DNA of 64,000 nt, taken from the NCBI GenBank assembly GCA_963722725.1, contig CAVROB010000010.1, forward strand, positions 53,400 to 117,399, read 5' to 3'. The translations under genes and the position numbers were made by a program. The number at the start of each line of letters is the position of its first letter. The first letter of the stretch is position 1. This DNA is from an uncultured Acidobacteriota bacterium (GTDB taxonomy: Bacteria > Acidobacteriota > Terriglobia > Terriglobales > Acidobacteriaceae). This document shows positions 7,691-17,882 of the stretch, piece by piece. Under the pieces are notes generated by a model. The model saw only the letters and a program-made list of their open reading frames with translations, had not been told where the DNA came from and searched no databases.

Positions 7691-7967
7691 TAAATGTTCT
7701 ATGCCTCAAGCCATTTACGAAACAACTCCTCTTGTGACTATTTTACCGCAAGATTACTGCTCTAATTTCAGAATAGCACATTGAAAAGGTAAAATACCCC
7801 AACTTTCGAGAATTATTTTTCCCACCGAATCAGCAACTTGCCGGGAAAAGCGCGCCCCAGGGGGCTTGACAAGATTTCGGCGCAAACCTGTCCCAAATTG
7901 GGACGACCCAAACTTCGGCACCCATTTTATTGGCGAGCATTTGTGGAGCCAAGGCCTGACCCACGCA

Positions 7968-8903
7968 TCACGGATTGACCACCAAGTACCGATTGAAGAA
8001 CATTAGAGTCTCCATCGCCAGACGGCGGCGTGCTTCGGAGGTTTGGAATGTGTGACCGTCGTCTATCTTGATCAGGGTCACCGAAACTTTTGCCTGGAGA
8101 AGTTTGTCGTAGAATTCCTGGGCTTGTGCAATCGACACATCTTGATCCGCTGTGCCATGCACAATGAGGAATGGCGCATTCGATTTGTCCACGTGGTAGA
8201 CCGGCGACGCTCCTCGCCACACGTCGGCAAGTTTGGTAGAGTCTCCGCCGAAGAAGCTGGTCAGGAAGGCATCTCCGTCGGGATCGTGATTGGTTAAGAA
8301 ATCACTGGGCCCGCTCACGTCGACCACGGCTTGAACCCGGCTGGAATATTTGGCGAGCGCGGGATCGGAGTTGTCGCGCGTGTCCTCCATTCCAAGCAGC
8401 GCAGCGAGCTGTGCACCCGACGAATGTCCGAAAGCCCCGATGCGATTGCCGTCGACGTTGTACTTCGAGGCGTTCGCCCGTAACCAGCGAACCGATCTCT
8501 GCACATCATCCAACTGCGCCGGCCAGCGATTTTCGCTGCCGTGAAACAAACGATAGTCTACAGAGACGGCCACAAATCCCGAGCCCGCCAGGAAATTTCC
8601 CATCCCGCGCATGGTGCTTTTGTCGAAACCGATCCATCCGCCGCCGTGGATCAGTACCACCGCTGGCCGGGGCCTGGAGCCAGATTCGGCTGGCTGATAA
8701 ATATCTAGCAGCAGCTTTTCGCCGCCTTGCACTCCATACACGACATCTTGCTGAAGAGAAACCTGATCGGACGGCAACGGGTTCTCGGCCGCGCGCGGAG
8801 TTGGTAGCGTTGGCGTATGTGAATTTAGCTGCGCAGGAAGATAAACGGCAAATCCGAGCAAAATGCCAAAGAACAAGCCTTTCTTGAGCAAGCGAACAAT
8901 CAT
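7968..8903 (-). CDS. Secreted alpha/beta-hydrolase (esterase/lipase-type)
   Basis: 311 aa. Signal peptide. Oxyanion HGGGW motif. Nucleophile elbow GHSSGA. Downstream D and H in ...HGTADQDV... and DDGHTF. Confidence 0.8.
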   Translation of the reverse strand: MIVRLLKKGLFFGILLGFAVYLPAQLNSHTPTLPTPRAAENPLPSDQVSLQQDVVYGVQGGEKLLLDIYQPAESGSRPRPAVVLIHGGGWIGFDKSTMRGMGNFLAGSGFVAVSVDYRLFHGSENRWPAQLDDVQRSVRWLRANASKYNVDGNRIGAFGHSSGAQLAALLGMEDTRDNSDPALAKYSSRVQAVVDVSGPSDFLTNHDPDGDAFLTSFFGGDSTKLADVWRGASPVYHVDKSNAPFLIVHGTADQDVSIAQAQEFYDKLLQAKVSVTLIKIDDGHTFQTSEARRRLAMETLMFFNRYLVVNP

Positions 8904-9027
8904 AAATGCTCTCAGTGAACCTACGACACTAGTTGGGCGGACGGCAGAAACATCACGTTCATTTTACCCTGGAGGGTGCCCCGTTCAAGCTCCGCTTGGG
9001 CGGGCTTGTCCTTCATTCTGATCTTAC

Positions 9028-9681
9028 TCATCGTCGAGCGCGGCGCGAAGCCTGCGATTTGCGAGGGCTTCTTGATCGATAAGGGACAAGCAAGGCTTCA
9101 AGAGAACGGCGAATCCAGACGGCCAGCGAGCCTTTCCGATAGACGGCCCAGTCGAGCATGGCCCCACCGTTCACCTGCTGAACCAGGCGGGCAAGCTCGG
9201 CAGTGTCGCAACGCTTCAGCTCATTAGCGGCGATGGCGGCATCGAGCAGCTTCTTAGTCTCATCGCGCGTGGTCGCGTATTGGGTTAGCAGAACCGCGTG
9301 GAATTCGGGGTCGGTAAGATCGATCTGAAGGTACGCCAGAAAGTTGGCCATAGACTCGGGAGTCGCAGCGAAGCCGCTGCAATCTACGAACATCTCGATG
9401 AGCGTCTTGAGCGGCGAGCCATATTTCACACGGGCCAGGGCGAACTGTCCAGCGACGTCTGCCGTCCACGCCTTGCAGTTGGCCAACAGCAGCTCGCGCT
9501 TGGTGCCGAAACGCTGAATAATGGTGGCGGGATGGATCCCGGCTTCTTTGGCAACATCGGCTAGCGTAAGGTCGACGGGGCTGCGGCGCTGCATGATGCG
9601 AGCAGCAGCGGCGAGGATTTCAGCGTCGGAGGTTTCGCGAGGACGAGGAGTCATTTTTGGCTGGGCACGCTGGCGAGACAA
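9028..9681 (-). CDS. TetR/AcrR family transcriptional regulator
   Basis: 217 aa. N-terminal HTH LTLADVAKEAGIHPATIIQRFGTKRELL. The start may instead be the Met at 9654. Divergent from the 9778..11132 genes. Confidence 0.85.
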   Translation of the reverse strand: MSRQRAQPKMTPRPRETSDAEILAAAARIMQRRSPVDLTLADVAKEAGIHPATIIQRFGTKRELLLANCKAWTADVAGQFALARVKYGSPLKTLIEMFVDCSGFAATPESMANFLAYLQIDLTDPEFHAVLLTQYATTRDETKKLLDAAIAANELKRCDTAELARLVQQVNGGAMLDWAVYRKGSLAVWIRRSLEALLVPYRSRSPRKSQASRRARR

Positions 9682-9687
9682 GAATAA

Positions 9688-9737
9688 CTGAATAGCTGTT
9701 TACTTTCCACTTGTACATTACTGAATGACCGTTTACT
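9688..9737. promoter_or_regulatory. Two direct repeats CTGAAT(A/G)-N3-GTTTACT, 33 nt apart, in the TetR divergent promoter region
   Basis: CTGAATAGCTGTTTACT (9688-9704) and CTGAATGACCGTTTACT (9721-9737). 14 of 17 positions are identical. The pair sits between divergent genes. Confidence 0.35.
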
Positions 9738-9777
9738 ATTGGTTGCACCGGTTTCCATCCCGGAGGCAGCGGCGAAG

Positions 9778-10080
9778 ATGAACTCCGACGAATTCAGAGC
9801 ATCGGTTGCAAAAGAGGCGCCACCGGCGGCGCTATCCGCCCCACTCGCGGCCTTGTGGTGGGATGCGAAGGAAGACTGGTCCCGCGCACACGCACTGGTT
9901 GACGAACTCGAAACCGTAGGTGGCATGGCCGTTCACGCTTACCTGCATCGCAAGGAGGGTTCTGTTTCGAACGCTGATTACTGGTATCAGCGCGCCGGTC
10001 GCGGCTTCTACCGGCCCACGCTCGAGGCCGAGTGGGCGGCGCTGGTAGAAGGATTGCTATCCGGCGTCGAGAAAGCCTGA
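9778..10080 (+). CDS. Conserved hypothetical protein (100 aa)
   Basis: MNSDEFRASVAKEAPP...LWWDAKEDWSRAHALVDE...VHAYLHRKEGSVSNADYWYQRAGR. The start is ambiguous (9739 or 9778). It lies 35 nt upstream of the SDR gene. Confidence 0.5.
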   Translation: MNSDEFRASVAKEAPPAALSAPLAALWWDAKEDWSRAHALVDELETVGGMAVHAYLHRKEGSVSNADYWYQRAGRGFYRPTLEAEWAALVEGLLSGVEKA

Positions 10081-10115
10081 GCAGCGCAACAGTTCTTAAG
10101 TGGAGGTAAATTGAA

Positions 10116-11132
10116 ATGGCCGTGAGGCCGAACCGGATGCCCAGGAACACCCAGAAAAAAGTATTGCAAGGCAAGATCGCGCTGGTCGCTGGCGCGACTC
10201 GCGGAGCCGGCCGGGGCATTGCCATCGCGCTGGGCGAGGCTGGAGCGACAGTCTACTGCACCGGACGGAGTTCCCGAGGACGGCCTGCCACTCCGGGGCG
10301 ATCCGAGACCATCGAGGAAACTGCAGAATTGGTTACGGCCGCAGGTGGGCACGGCATCGCTGTAAGAGTGAACCACACCGAGCCTGCGGAAGTGAAAGAG
10401 TTGGTCGCTCGCATCAAACGAGGGCATCAGGGACTGGACATTCTGGTCAACGACGTCTGGGGCGGAGACCCGCTTACCGAGTGGGGCAAGACATTCTGGA
10501 CGGTCAATCTTGAGAATGGATTGCGCATGCTGGAACAAGCCATTCATTCCCATATCATTACTGCGCACTACGCTGTTCCGCTGATGCTCGGGCGGCGCAG
10601 AGGGATCATTTTCGAAATCACCGACGGGGATGCTTTTTACTATCGCGGAAATCTTTTCTATGACCTGGTGAAGATTTCAGTCATCCGGCTGGCTTTCGCC
10701 ATGTCCCGCGAGCTGCGCAAACGAGACATTGCCGCAGTGGCGTTGACTCCGGGCTTCTTGCGGTCGGAAGCTGTGCTGGAACATTTTGGAGTCAGCGAGG
10801 CCAATTGGAAGGACGCAGGGAAGAAAAAGAGCGGGAACAGCGCAAACCAGAACGACGCTCCCAGCGACTTCATGGTGTCGGAGTCGCCACGGTACATAGG
10901 GCGGGCGGTAGTAGCGTTGGCGGCAGATCGGCAAGTGAGCAAGAAGAGCGGACGCGTCTTCAGTTCGTGGGCGCTGGCGCGAGAGTACGGATTTACCGAC
11001 ATCGACGGGACCCAACCGCACTGGGGCAACTATGCCCGAAAGAAATATGGAAACTACAAGATCTGCGATGAGCGATTTTATTCCTACTGGGTTCCCGGTC
11101 TTGTGGAGCTGATATTTCCGGATTGGTTCTGA
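10116..11132 (+). CDS. Short-chain dehydrogenase/reductase (SDR) family oxidoreductase
   Basis: 338 aa. N-terminal Rossmann motif ALVAGATRGAGRGIA. Typical SDR central region with a YYRGNLFYDLVK segment. Confidence 0.8.
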   Translation: MAVRPNRMPRNTQKKVLQGKIALVAGATRGAGRGIAIALGEAGATVYCTGRSSRGRPATPGRSETIEETAELVTAAGGHGIAVRVNHTEPAEVKELVARIKRGHQGLDILVNDVWGGDPLTEWGKTFWTVNLENGLRMLEQAIHSHIITAHYAVPLMLGRRRGIIFEITDGDAFYYRGNLFYDLVKISVIRLAFAMSRELRKRDIAAVALTPGFLRSEAVLEHFGVSEANWKDAGKKKSGNSANQNDAPSDFMVSESPRYIGRAVVALAADRQVSKKSGRVFSSWALAREYGFTDIDGTQPHWGNYARKKYGNYKICDERFYSYWVPGLVELIFPDWF

Positions 11133-11207
11133 TTAGGCCCGAATTGTAGTCCTGTTGGTTTCGTTGCGTCTTCAATGAGAACAGGCAAGCGATGGCGCAT
11201 TGCCAAT

Positions 11208-11570
11208 TTAGTTTGCTTTCATCTTCTCTTTGACACTGTGCGCCAGCTTCTCAATTTCCTCCGCCTTTTTCACAACGTCCAGTGAGAGTGTGTTTTCGTT
11301 GGACTTATCCACCGACTGCTTCAGTTCGTTGGCCAGCTTCAGCAGGTTGTCGGCATCGCGCTGCAGTTGAGCCTGCCGCTCCCGGTTTGCTTTCTTGGCC
11401 ATATCTTTTTCGATCTTGGCGCGGTCCTCGTCCGCAGTGGTATCGGGAGCAAGGCCGGGATTGGGGCCTAGACGCGGGACGGGATTCTGGCCGAAAGATG
11501 GGACGGTGAACGCAGATGTGACGAACAAGAAAAGGACGGTCAGCGCGAAGAATTTGAATCGCACAATCAC
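11208..11570 (-). CDS. Small secreted coiled-coil protein, function unknown
   Basis: 120 aa. Signal peptide MIVRFKFFALTVLFLFVTSAFT, then a Lys/Glu/Gln-rich helical region. Confidence 0.55.
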   Translation of the reverse strand: MIVRFKFFALTVLFLFVTSAFTVPSFGQNPVPRLGPNPGLAPDTTADEDRAKIEKDMAKKANRERQAQLQRDADNLLKLANELKQSVDKSNENTLSLDVVKKAEEIEKLAHSVKEKMKAN

Positions 11571-11671
11571 CTCGTCAACGGTGGGATGAGGAAATTATAC
11601 GAGTTCTAGAAATTCGGAGACGAGGCTATTCAAGGGAGCGGAATTCATCAGACAGGATTCCTGAAAGACAT

Positions 11672-11737
11672 GACCCCAGCGGCTAAAGCCGGTCTCCTTG
11701 CGGCCTTTGGCGGCACGGCTGAAGCCATGCCCTCCCG
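11672..11737. repeat. Intergenic double-hairpin repeat, family A, copy 2
   Basis: CAGCGGCTAAAGCCGGT, then 35 nt, then GGCACGGCTGAAGCCATGCCCTCCC, just downstream of the rho stop. See copy 1 at 7626-7690. Confidence 0.5.
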
Positions 11738-11809
11738 TTTTTGATTTTCCCGCACAACAACTCGAGAAATGCTTTAGGACGGGCGGGGAAGCCCGTCTTC
11801 CATACAATC

Positions 11810-13060
11810 TTACAGTGAGCTCATGTTCGCCAGGAACTCGCCGTTTGACTTGGCTTTGTTCAGCTTGTCGATGAGCAGTTCCATGGCTTCTACCGGAGAC
11901 AGCGGATTCAGCACGCGGCGCAGAACCCAGATTCGGGTTAAATCTTCTTTGGGGATCAGCAGCTCTTCTTTTCGTGTGCCCGAACGCTGGATGTCGATGG
12001 CTGGGAATGTCCGTTTGTCCACCAGCTTGCGGTCGAGGATGATTTCGGAATTGCCGGTGCCTTTGAATTCTTCGAAGATCACGTCGTCCATGCGCGAGCC
12101 GGTGTCGATCAGGGCGGTCGCGATAATGGTGAGCGATCCGCCTTCTTCGATGTTGCGGGCTGCGCCGAAGAATCGTTTGGGGCGCTGCAAGGCGTTAGAG
12201 TCGACGCCGCCGGAGAGCACTTTGCCGCTGGGTGGAACAATCGTGTTGTAGGCGCGAGCCAGACGGGTGATGGAGTCGAGCAGAATCACCACGTCGCGTT
12301 TGTGTTCGACCAGGCGCTTCGCTTTCTCGATCACCATTTCCGCGACTTGTACGTGGCGGGCGGCCGGTTCGTCAAAGGTCGAGGAAATCACTTCGCCTTT
12401 CACCGAGCGCTGCATGTCGGTGACTTCTTCCGGGCGCTCATCGATCAGCAGAACCATCAACACTACTTCCGGATGGTTTGTCGTGATCGAATTGGCGACG
12501 TTCTGCAGCAGCATGGTCTTGCCAGCGCGAGGCGGCGAAACGATCAGGCCGCGCTGCCCTTTGCCAAGCGGTGTGAGCAAATCCATGACGCGGGCGCTGA
12601 CGTTCTCGCGCGTGGTTTCGAGCTTGAGGCGTTCCTGCGGATAAAGCGGCGTCAGGTTGTCGAACAGAATCTTGTTGCGGGCCTCGTCGGGCGATTCGAA
12701 GTTGACGGCTTCAATCTTTACCAGCGCGAAATACTTCTCGCCTTCATGCGGAGGACGAACCTGTCCGCTGATGGTGTCGCCCGTCTTGAGGTCGAACTTG
12801 CGGATCTGCGACGGCGAAACGTAAATGTCGTCGGGGCCGGGCAAATAGTTGTAGTCAGGCGAGCGCAGAAAGCCATAGCCGTCGGGCAGGATTTCGAGCA
12901 CGCCCTCGGCAAAGATGTGGCCTTCTTTTTCGCTCTGGGCCTGAAGGATCTTGAAGATCAGGTCTTGCTTGCGTAGTCCACTGGCGCCGGGCAGATCCAA
13001 GGATCGGGCGATCTTGGTCAGCTCTGTAATGTTTTTTTCTTTCAGTTCTGCGATGGTCAT
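11810..13060 (-). CDS. rho: Transcription termination factor Rho
   Basis: 416 aa. N-terminal [26 protein letters not shown]-binding OB domain. Walker A PPRAGKT. Full-length RecA-type ATPase core. Confidence 0.97.
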   Translation of the reverse strand: MTIAELKEKNITELTKIARSLDLPGASGLRKQDLIFKILQAQSEKEGHIFAEGVLEILPDGYGFLRSPDYNYLPGPDDIYVSPSQIRKFDLKTGDTISGQVRPPHEGEKYFALVKIEAVNFESPDEARNKILFDNLTPLYPQERLKLETTRENVSARVMDLLTPLGKGQRGLIVSPPRAGKTMLLQNVANSITTNHPEVVLMVLLIDERPEEVTDMQRSVKGEVISSTFDEPAARHVQVAEMVIEKAKRLVEHKRDVVILLDSITRLARAYNTIVPPSGKVLSGGVDSNALQRPKRFFGAARNIEEGGSLTIIATALIDTGSRMDDVIFEEFKGTGNSEIILDRKLVDKRTFPAIDIQRSGTRKEELLIPKEDLTRIWVLRRVLNPLSPVEAMELLIDKLNKAKSNGEFLANMSSL

Positions 13061-13147
13061 TATTCGATATCACCTGCGAAGGGAATTTTCAAAGGGGGGT
13101 TACTCAGGAAAGACTTGGCAATCACGGGGCAGGCGGCGGGGCTGGTG

Positions 13148-13363
13148 TTACGCAGCCCGCCGTTGTGCCTCGGCGAAGTTTTCCGGTTCCGACAGAACCG
13201 TCTGCCGTTCCGAGCTTGCAATCTTATCCAGAACCTCGTTCATGGTTTCCTGGATTCTGGTGTTGGGCTTGTGAAACTTACGGGTAGCCTTCGACGCAAG
13301 CTGGCAAAGCATATAACGATTCCGCAAAGTATGTAAAGCATCAAAAACGCGATCAGACCGCAT
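13148..13363 (-). CDS. Small protein (71 aa), possibly RNA polymerase omega-like
   Basis: LRNRYMLCQLASKATRKF resembles the omega signature N-(R/K)-(F/Y)-x-L-x4-A-x-(K/R)-A-x-(R/Q). It lies 87 nt upstream of rho on the same strand. The assignment is weak. Confidence 0.35.
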   Translation of the reverse strand: MRSDRVFDALHTLRNRYMLCQLASKATRKFHKPNTRIQETMNEVLDKIASSERQTVLSEPENFAEAQRRAA

Positions 13364-13794
13364 AATGATTCACTCTCCTAATCCGAGCAAATGGCCGCAC
13401 GTCCCTTTTCTGGCAAGACGAAACCCGCCCAGAGCGTCCAAGTTACTCAATTCAGATGGGTTGTACGGGAAATCTCTGGTTACTCGTATAGATGCTCCGT
13501 TGGGTCCGAAAGTTTCTCGGTTTCGGGATTATGTTCCGGTTGCCAGCGGAGGTTCGTCAGACAAACTGATGTTGTAAGCCTTCGGAACTGTACACCCTAC
13601 GTGAGAATGAACGCGACGTCAAGTATTTCTTGCAATAACGGTTCAAGTTGTCACGAAAAATGCCCGCGCCGGGTCGCAGACGATGGCTCGGTCTTCTGCC
13701 TTACGACACCTCAATATTATGATAATAAACAACTTAACATCTTGCCAAAACCGTACGGGTAAGACGCCCGTTTCTCCATATATTGTTTACTGCT

Positions 13795-15345
13795 TTATGC
13801 CCAGAATGTTCGATCCAGGGTACGGTATTGGATGGCCTCGGCGATGTGCTTGGGCTCGATTGATTTTCCTCCTTCCAAGTCGGCCACGGTTCTCGCTACT
13901 TTAAGGATGCGATCATGAGCGCGAGCGGTCAGGCCCTGCTGGGCCATGGCGCGTTCCAATAATCTTTCGCAATCTGCGGAGAGTTCACAGAAGGCGCGAA
14001 TATGCCGGGGTCCCATCTGAGCGTTGCAATAAAGCTTCTCTCGTGGCGAAATCAGGAACCTCTCTAACTGCGCGCCGCGGGCTCGCATCACGCGCTCGCG
14101 AATTTTGGCGGAGCTTTCCGGTTCGGCGCCCGACCTCATCTCCTTATAGTTCACCGCCGGGACGTCAATATGAATGTCGATCCGATCCAACAACGGCCCC
14201 GAAATCTTGGACATGTAGCGCTGGATTAAGGGTGGCGTGCAGTGGCACTCGCGCGACCGATCGTTGAAGTAACCGCAGGGGCAAGGGTTCATGGCCGCTG
14301 CAAGCATGAAGCGTGCCGGGAAGGTCAGCGACATGGAAGCACGGGCGATACAAACCGTTCCATCTTCAAGAGGCTGCCGCATGACTTCGAGAACGTTGCG
14401 CGGGAATTCCGGCAGTTCGTCCAAGAATAAGACGCCGTTGTGGGCCAGGGAGACTTCGCCGGGACGAGGCACAGCTCCCCCTCCGATCAGTCCAGCATCC
14501 GAAATGGTGTGGTGAGGCGCGCGAAAGGGACGGACTCCGACCAATCCGGCGCCAGCATCGAGCACGCCCGCGACACTGTGAATCTTCGTGGTCTCGAGAG
14601 CTTCCTCGAATGTGAAAGGCGGCAGGATCGTGGGCATGCGCTTAGCCAGCATGGTTTTGCCAGAACCCGGCGGCCCGATCATCAGGATATTGTGGCCACC
14701 GGCGCAAGCAACCTCGAGGGCGCGCTTGGCCGAGTGCTGACCACGCACATCCTTGAAGTCGACGAGAAATTGCTGGGCTTCACTCAGTAGAGCTCCGCTA
14801 TCCACTTTGAGAGGCTGGATTCCGTTGCCGGTGTTCACGAAACGGATCACGTCCAGCAACGATTTCACCGGATAGATTTCCACGCCGGCGACCATCGCCG
14901 CTTCTTTGGCATTAAGCTCAGGCACGACCAGACGAGCAATCTTCTTGCCGCGAGCCTCGATGGCGATGGGAAGCGCTCCGCGAACGCCGCGAACGCCACC
15001 ATCGAGCGACAATTCCCCGACGAACAAACAATCGGGCACCTCCTTCTTATTCAGGCCACCGTAAGCGCCCAGAATTCCAAGAGCCATAGGCAGGTCGAAA
15101 CCGGAGCCTTCTTTGCGAATATCCGCCGGGGCCAGATTAATCGTGATATGAGTGGGGGGAATGTCGTAGCCGCAATTCTTCAACGCTGCGCGCACTCGAT
15201 CCCGGCTTTCGCGAACGGCGGCGTCGGGCAGGCCGACGGTGTGAAAATGGTCTTCCATTGTCTTGATTCCAGACACATCGACCTCGACCTCGATGATGTT
15301 GGCATCAATGCCGAAAACCGCGGCGCTCAGGGTCTTATAAAGCAT
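13795..15345 (-). CDS. comM: YifB/ComM family Mg-chelatase-like AAA+ ATPase
   Basis: 516 aa. N-terminal Lon-protease-like domain. Walker [19 protein letters not shown] Walker B. C-terminal ChlI-like segment. Confidence 0.93.
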   Translation of the reverse strand: MLYKTLSAAVFGIDANIIEVEVDVSGIKTMEDHFHTVGLPDAAVRESRDRVRAALKNCGYDIPPTHITINLAPADIRKEGSGFDLPMALGILGAYGGLNKKEVPDCLFVGELSLDGGVRGVRGALPIAIEARGKKIARLVVPELNAKEAAMVAGVEIYPVKSLLDVIRFVNTGNGIQPLKVDSGALLSEAQQFLVDFKDVRGQHSAKRALEVACAGGHNILMIGPPGSGKTMLAKRMPTILPPFTFEEALETTKIHSVAGVLDAGAGLVGVRPFRAPHHTISDAGLIGGGAVPRPGEVSLAHNGVLFLDELPEFPRNVLEVMRQPLEDGTVCIARASMSLTFPARFMLAAAMNPCPCGYFNDRSRECHCTPPLIQRYMSKISGPLLDRIDIHIDVPAVNYKEMRSGAEPESSAKIRERVMRARGAQLERFLISPREKLYCNAQMGPRHIRAFCELSADCERLLERAMAQQGLTARAHDRILKVARTVADLEGGKSIEPKHIAEAIQYRTLDRTFWA

Positions 15346-15653
15346 GGGGCGTGTCGTAAAAGTTGGATCTGCGCTTCGGACAAACAGGATTTGTTCGGAC
15401 TCATCGTGACGAGGGAAGGCCCAGCGACGAGTCAGCCTGATACTTACCCTACGCCTCGCAGTCTTAAACCCGTGGTGACTGATGTCACAAGCGAAGTGTG
15501 ACGAGTGAACACCGGCCCTACGTTTTGTCTGTGAACCAAATTACCCAACACAGTTTCGGTTGTGTGCATCCGCCGTGTGAACTAGGATGCGCCTAGACCC
15601 CGGCTCGCCTCGAACCAGGATTCGCGACCCCGAACGAATGATGGCAGTTGTGA

Positions 15654-17810
15654 GTGACTCTTATGTCGGAACCAGAGAAACAACCGACGCGTCCCGCGAC
15701 CACGCCAACCAGCCTGGAGCAAGAAGAAGCTTGGTTGTGGCGCATTGCGCTCTTCTTTGTGGTCCTGCTGGCTACAGGGTTGGCGGCTGAGTCTTGGGAG
15801 CGGTTGCAGAGTCTTCCCTATCATCTCGGGCTGCTCTCGATTGCCTTGCTGTGCGTTGCCGTAGCGTTTTCAGGTTTCGCCTATGGACGAAGAAAGCGGG
15901 TAACGGAATTACAAAACCTGGTCCGCGGATTTCAGGAGCGCACGACCGCACCCACGGATGAGCAACTTGATCAACTGGGGGAACTGATTGCCCGCTCCCA
16001 ACGCAGCTTCAAGGAACTGATCGATTCCTTTGACGACATCGCCTTCGCCACTTCGCTGGAGGGGAAGATCAAGACTGTAAACCGTCGCGTGACTGAACTG
16101 CTCGGGATTCCTTACTCCGAGGTAGTTGGTCATCGAATCGATGAGTTCCTGGATGAACCGAAACGCGAGGATGTGGATCGCGGGTTGGCCCGGTTTCTCG
16201 AAAAGCGTCGCTGGTCGGGCCTGGTTTGCGTTCGCCTGAAAAGCAGCGCACGCACGCTCTATTTTGATTGCGCGCTCAATGCGATTGTCAAAAGCGACGA
16301 AGTAGTCGGCATGAGTGCGCTTGCCCGCGACGTCACGGAAGAACGCGAGAAGGAGCGACGATTTACCGAACTCTTCGAAACTCTTCAGGAAGGCGTTTAC
16401 TTCAGCACGCCGGAAGGCAAGTTACTCGACGGCAACGCGGCCCTGGTGCAGGTCCTGGGATACGAAAGCAAGGAAGAGCTTCTCTCCCTCGATCCCAAGG
16501 CTTTGAACTCGGATCCCAATCAGAGTCCGGTGCTGGGGCGGACAGCGGATGATCAGGGAGGCGTTCGCACGCGAGAAATCATGTTGCATCGCAAGAACGG
16601 CACGCTTGGCGTCTTCCTCGACACTTCCCGCGCGGTATGGGATGCAGGAGGCAAGATCGTCCGCTACCAGGGTACGCTCGTAGATGTGACCGAGCGCCGG
16701 GAGATGGAAAAGGCGTTGCGCCGTCAGGAAGAGTTCCATCGCTACCTTTTGGAAAGCTTTCCCGACCTGATCCTGGTGATCGGCCTAGACGGGCGATACG
16801 GGTTCGTAAGTTCGCGGATCCACGACCTGCGTGGCTACAAGCCGGAAGATCTGCTAGGGAAGAAAGTCGAAGAAGAACAGGATTATTCACCCGAACTGTT
16901 CGCGCTGTATCGCGACCTGATTACGGGCCGGAAGATGTTCGGGTCGTGTGACTATAACGCGCGTCACCGCGATGGGAGCTGGCGCACCATGCGAGCTTCG
17001 GCTAGCCCGCTGTTCGATGCAGAAAATAAGCTGAGTGGCGTGATTGTTTCAGTGCGCGACATCACGGTAGAGAAGAAACTGGAACAGCAGATCATTCAAA
17101 GTGAACGGCTCGCGGCCATGGGACAGATGATCGGCGGGTTTGCTCACGAACTAAATAATCCGCTAACCAGTATTCTGGGGATGTCCGAACTGCTGCAGGA
17201 GGGCGAAGCTCCCGAGTCCGTGCGGAAACAGATGGTCATTCTGCAACAACAGGCGCGCCGCGCCGCGGAAATTGTTCAGAACCTGATGTATTTCTCCCGG
17301 CCGCCGGCACCTGGCAAAAGCCCGATCGATTTGGGTGAACTGGTGCAGCGGACTTTGCACTTGCATGCATATTCTTTACGCAAGAGCAACATCACAGTCG
17401 ACTTTTTGAAGGCGAATTCACTGCCCCCGGTGAGTGGAGACGCGCACCAGTTGATGCAGGTGTTCCTCAATCTGATTTTGAATTCAGAGCAGGCCATGCG
17501 AGAAGTTCGCGATCGCGGAACCTTGCGCATCCGCATAAGCAAGGATGAAAACTCGGTCTCTGTGATTTTTCAGGACGACGGCCCCGGGATCTCTCCCGAT
17601 ATTCTGCCCAATATCTTCGACCCGTTCTACACCACGAAGCGCCCCGGCCGTGGAACCGGCCTCGGCTTGAGCATCTGCAAAGCCATATTGCGAGAACACC
17701 GCGGGAACGTGGAAGCAGCTTCGGGGGCAGGCGGCGGGGCGGTGTTCACAGTTACGCTGCCGATAGTAAGTATGCCTTCGGAGACCGCGAACTCATCCCC
17801 AATTGCTTGA
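15654..17810 (+). CDS. Membrane-anchored multi-PAS sensor histidine kinase; no adjacent response regulator
   Basis: 718 aa. Two N-terminal TM helices. Three PAS-like blocks. H-box FAHELNNPLTSI. N/G boxes in NLILNSEQAM and DDGPGI...GTGLGLS. Confidence 0.9.
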   Translation: MTLMSEPEKQPTRPATTPTSLEQEEAWLWRIALFFVVLLATGLAAESWERLQSLPYHLGLLSIALLCVAVAFSGFAYGRRKRVTELQNLVRGFQERTTAPTDEQLDQLGELIARSQRSFKELIDSFDDIAFATSLEGKIKTVNRRVTELLGIPYSEVVGHRIDEFLDEPKREDVDRGLARFLEKRRWSGLVCVRLKSSARTLYFDCALNAIVKSDEVVGMSALARDVTEEREKERRFTELFETLQEGVYFSTPEGKLLDGNAALVQVLGYESKEELLSLDPKALNSDPNQSPVLGRTADDQGGVRTREIMLHRKNGTLGVFLDTSRAVWDAGGKIVRYQGTLVDVTERREMEKALRRQEEFHRYLLESFPDLILVIGLDGRYGFVSSRIHDLRGYKPEDLLGKKVEEEQDYSPELFALYRDLITGRKMFGSCDYNARHRDGSWRTMRASASPLFDAENKLSGVIVSVRDITVEKKLEQQIIQSERLAAMGQMIGGFAHELNNPLTSILGMSELLQEGEAPESVRKQMVILQQQARRAAEIVQNLMYFSRPPAPGKSPIDLGELVQRTLHLHAYSLRKSNITVDFLKANSLPPVSGDAHQLMQVFLNLILNSEQAMREVRDRGTLRIRISKDENSVSVIFQDDGPGISPDILPNIFDPFYTTKRPGRGTGLGLSICKAILREHRGNVEAASGAGGGAVFTVTLPIVSMPSETANSSPIA

Positions 17811-17882
17811 GAGCCGGGAGCGCCTTCCCTTTTCTGTAGTGGTCATGTCTTCTTCGCGAATCCACTAGTTGCGGAAGTTAGC

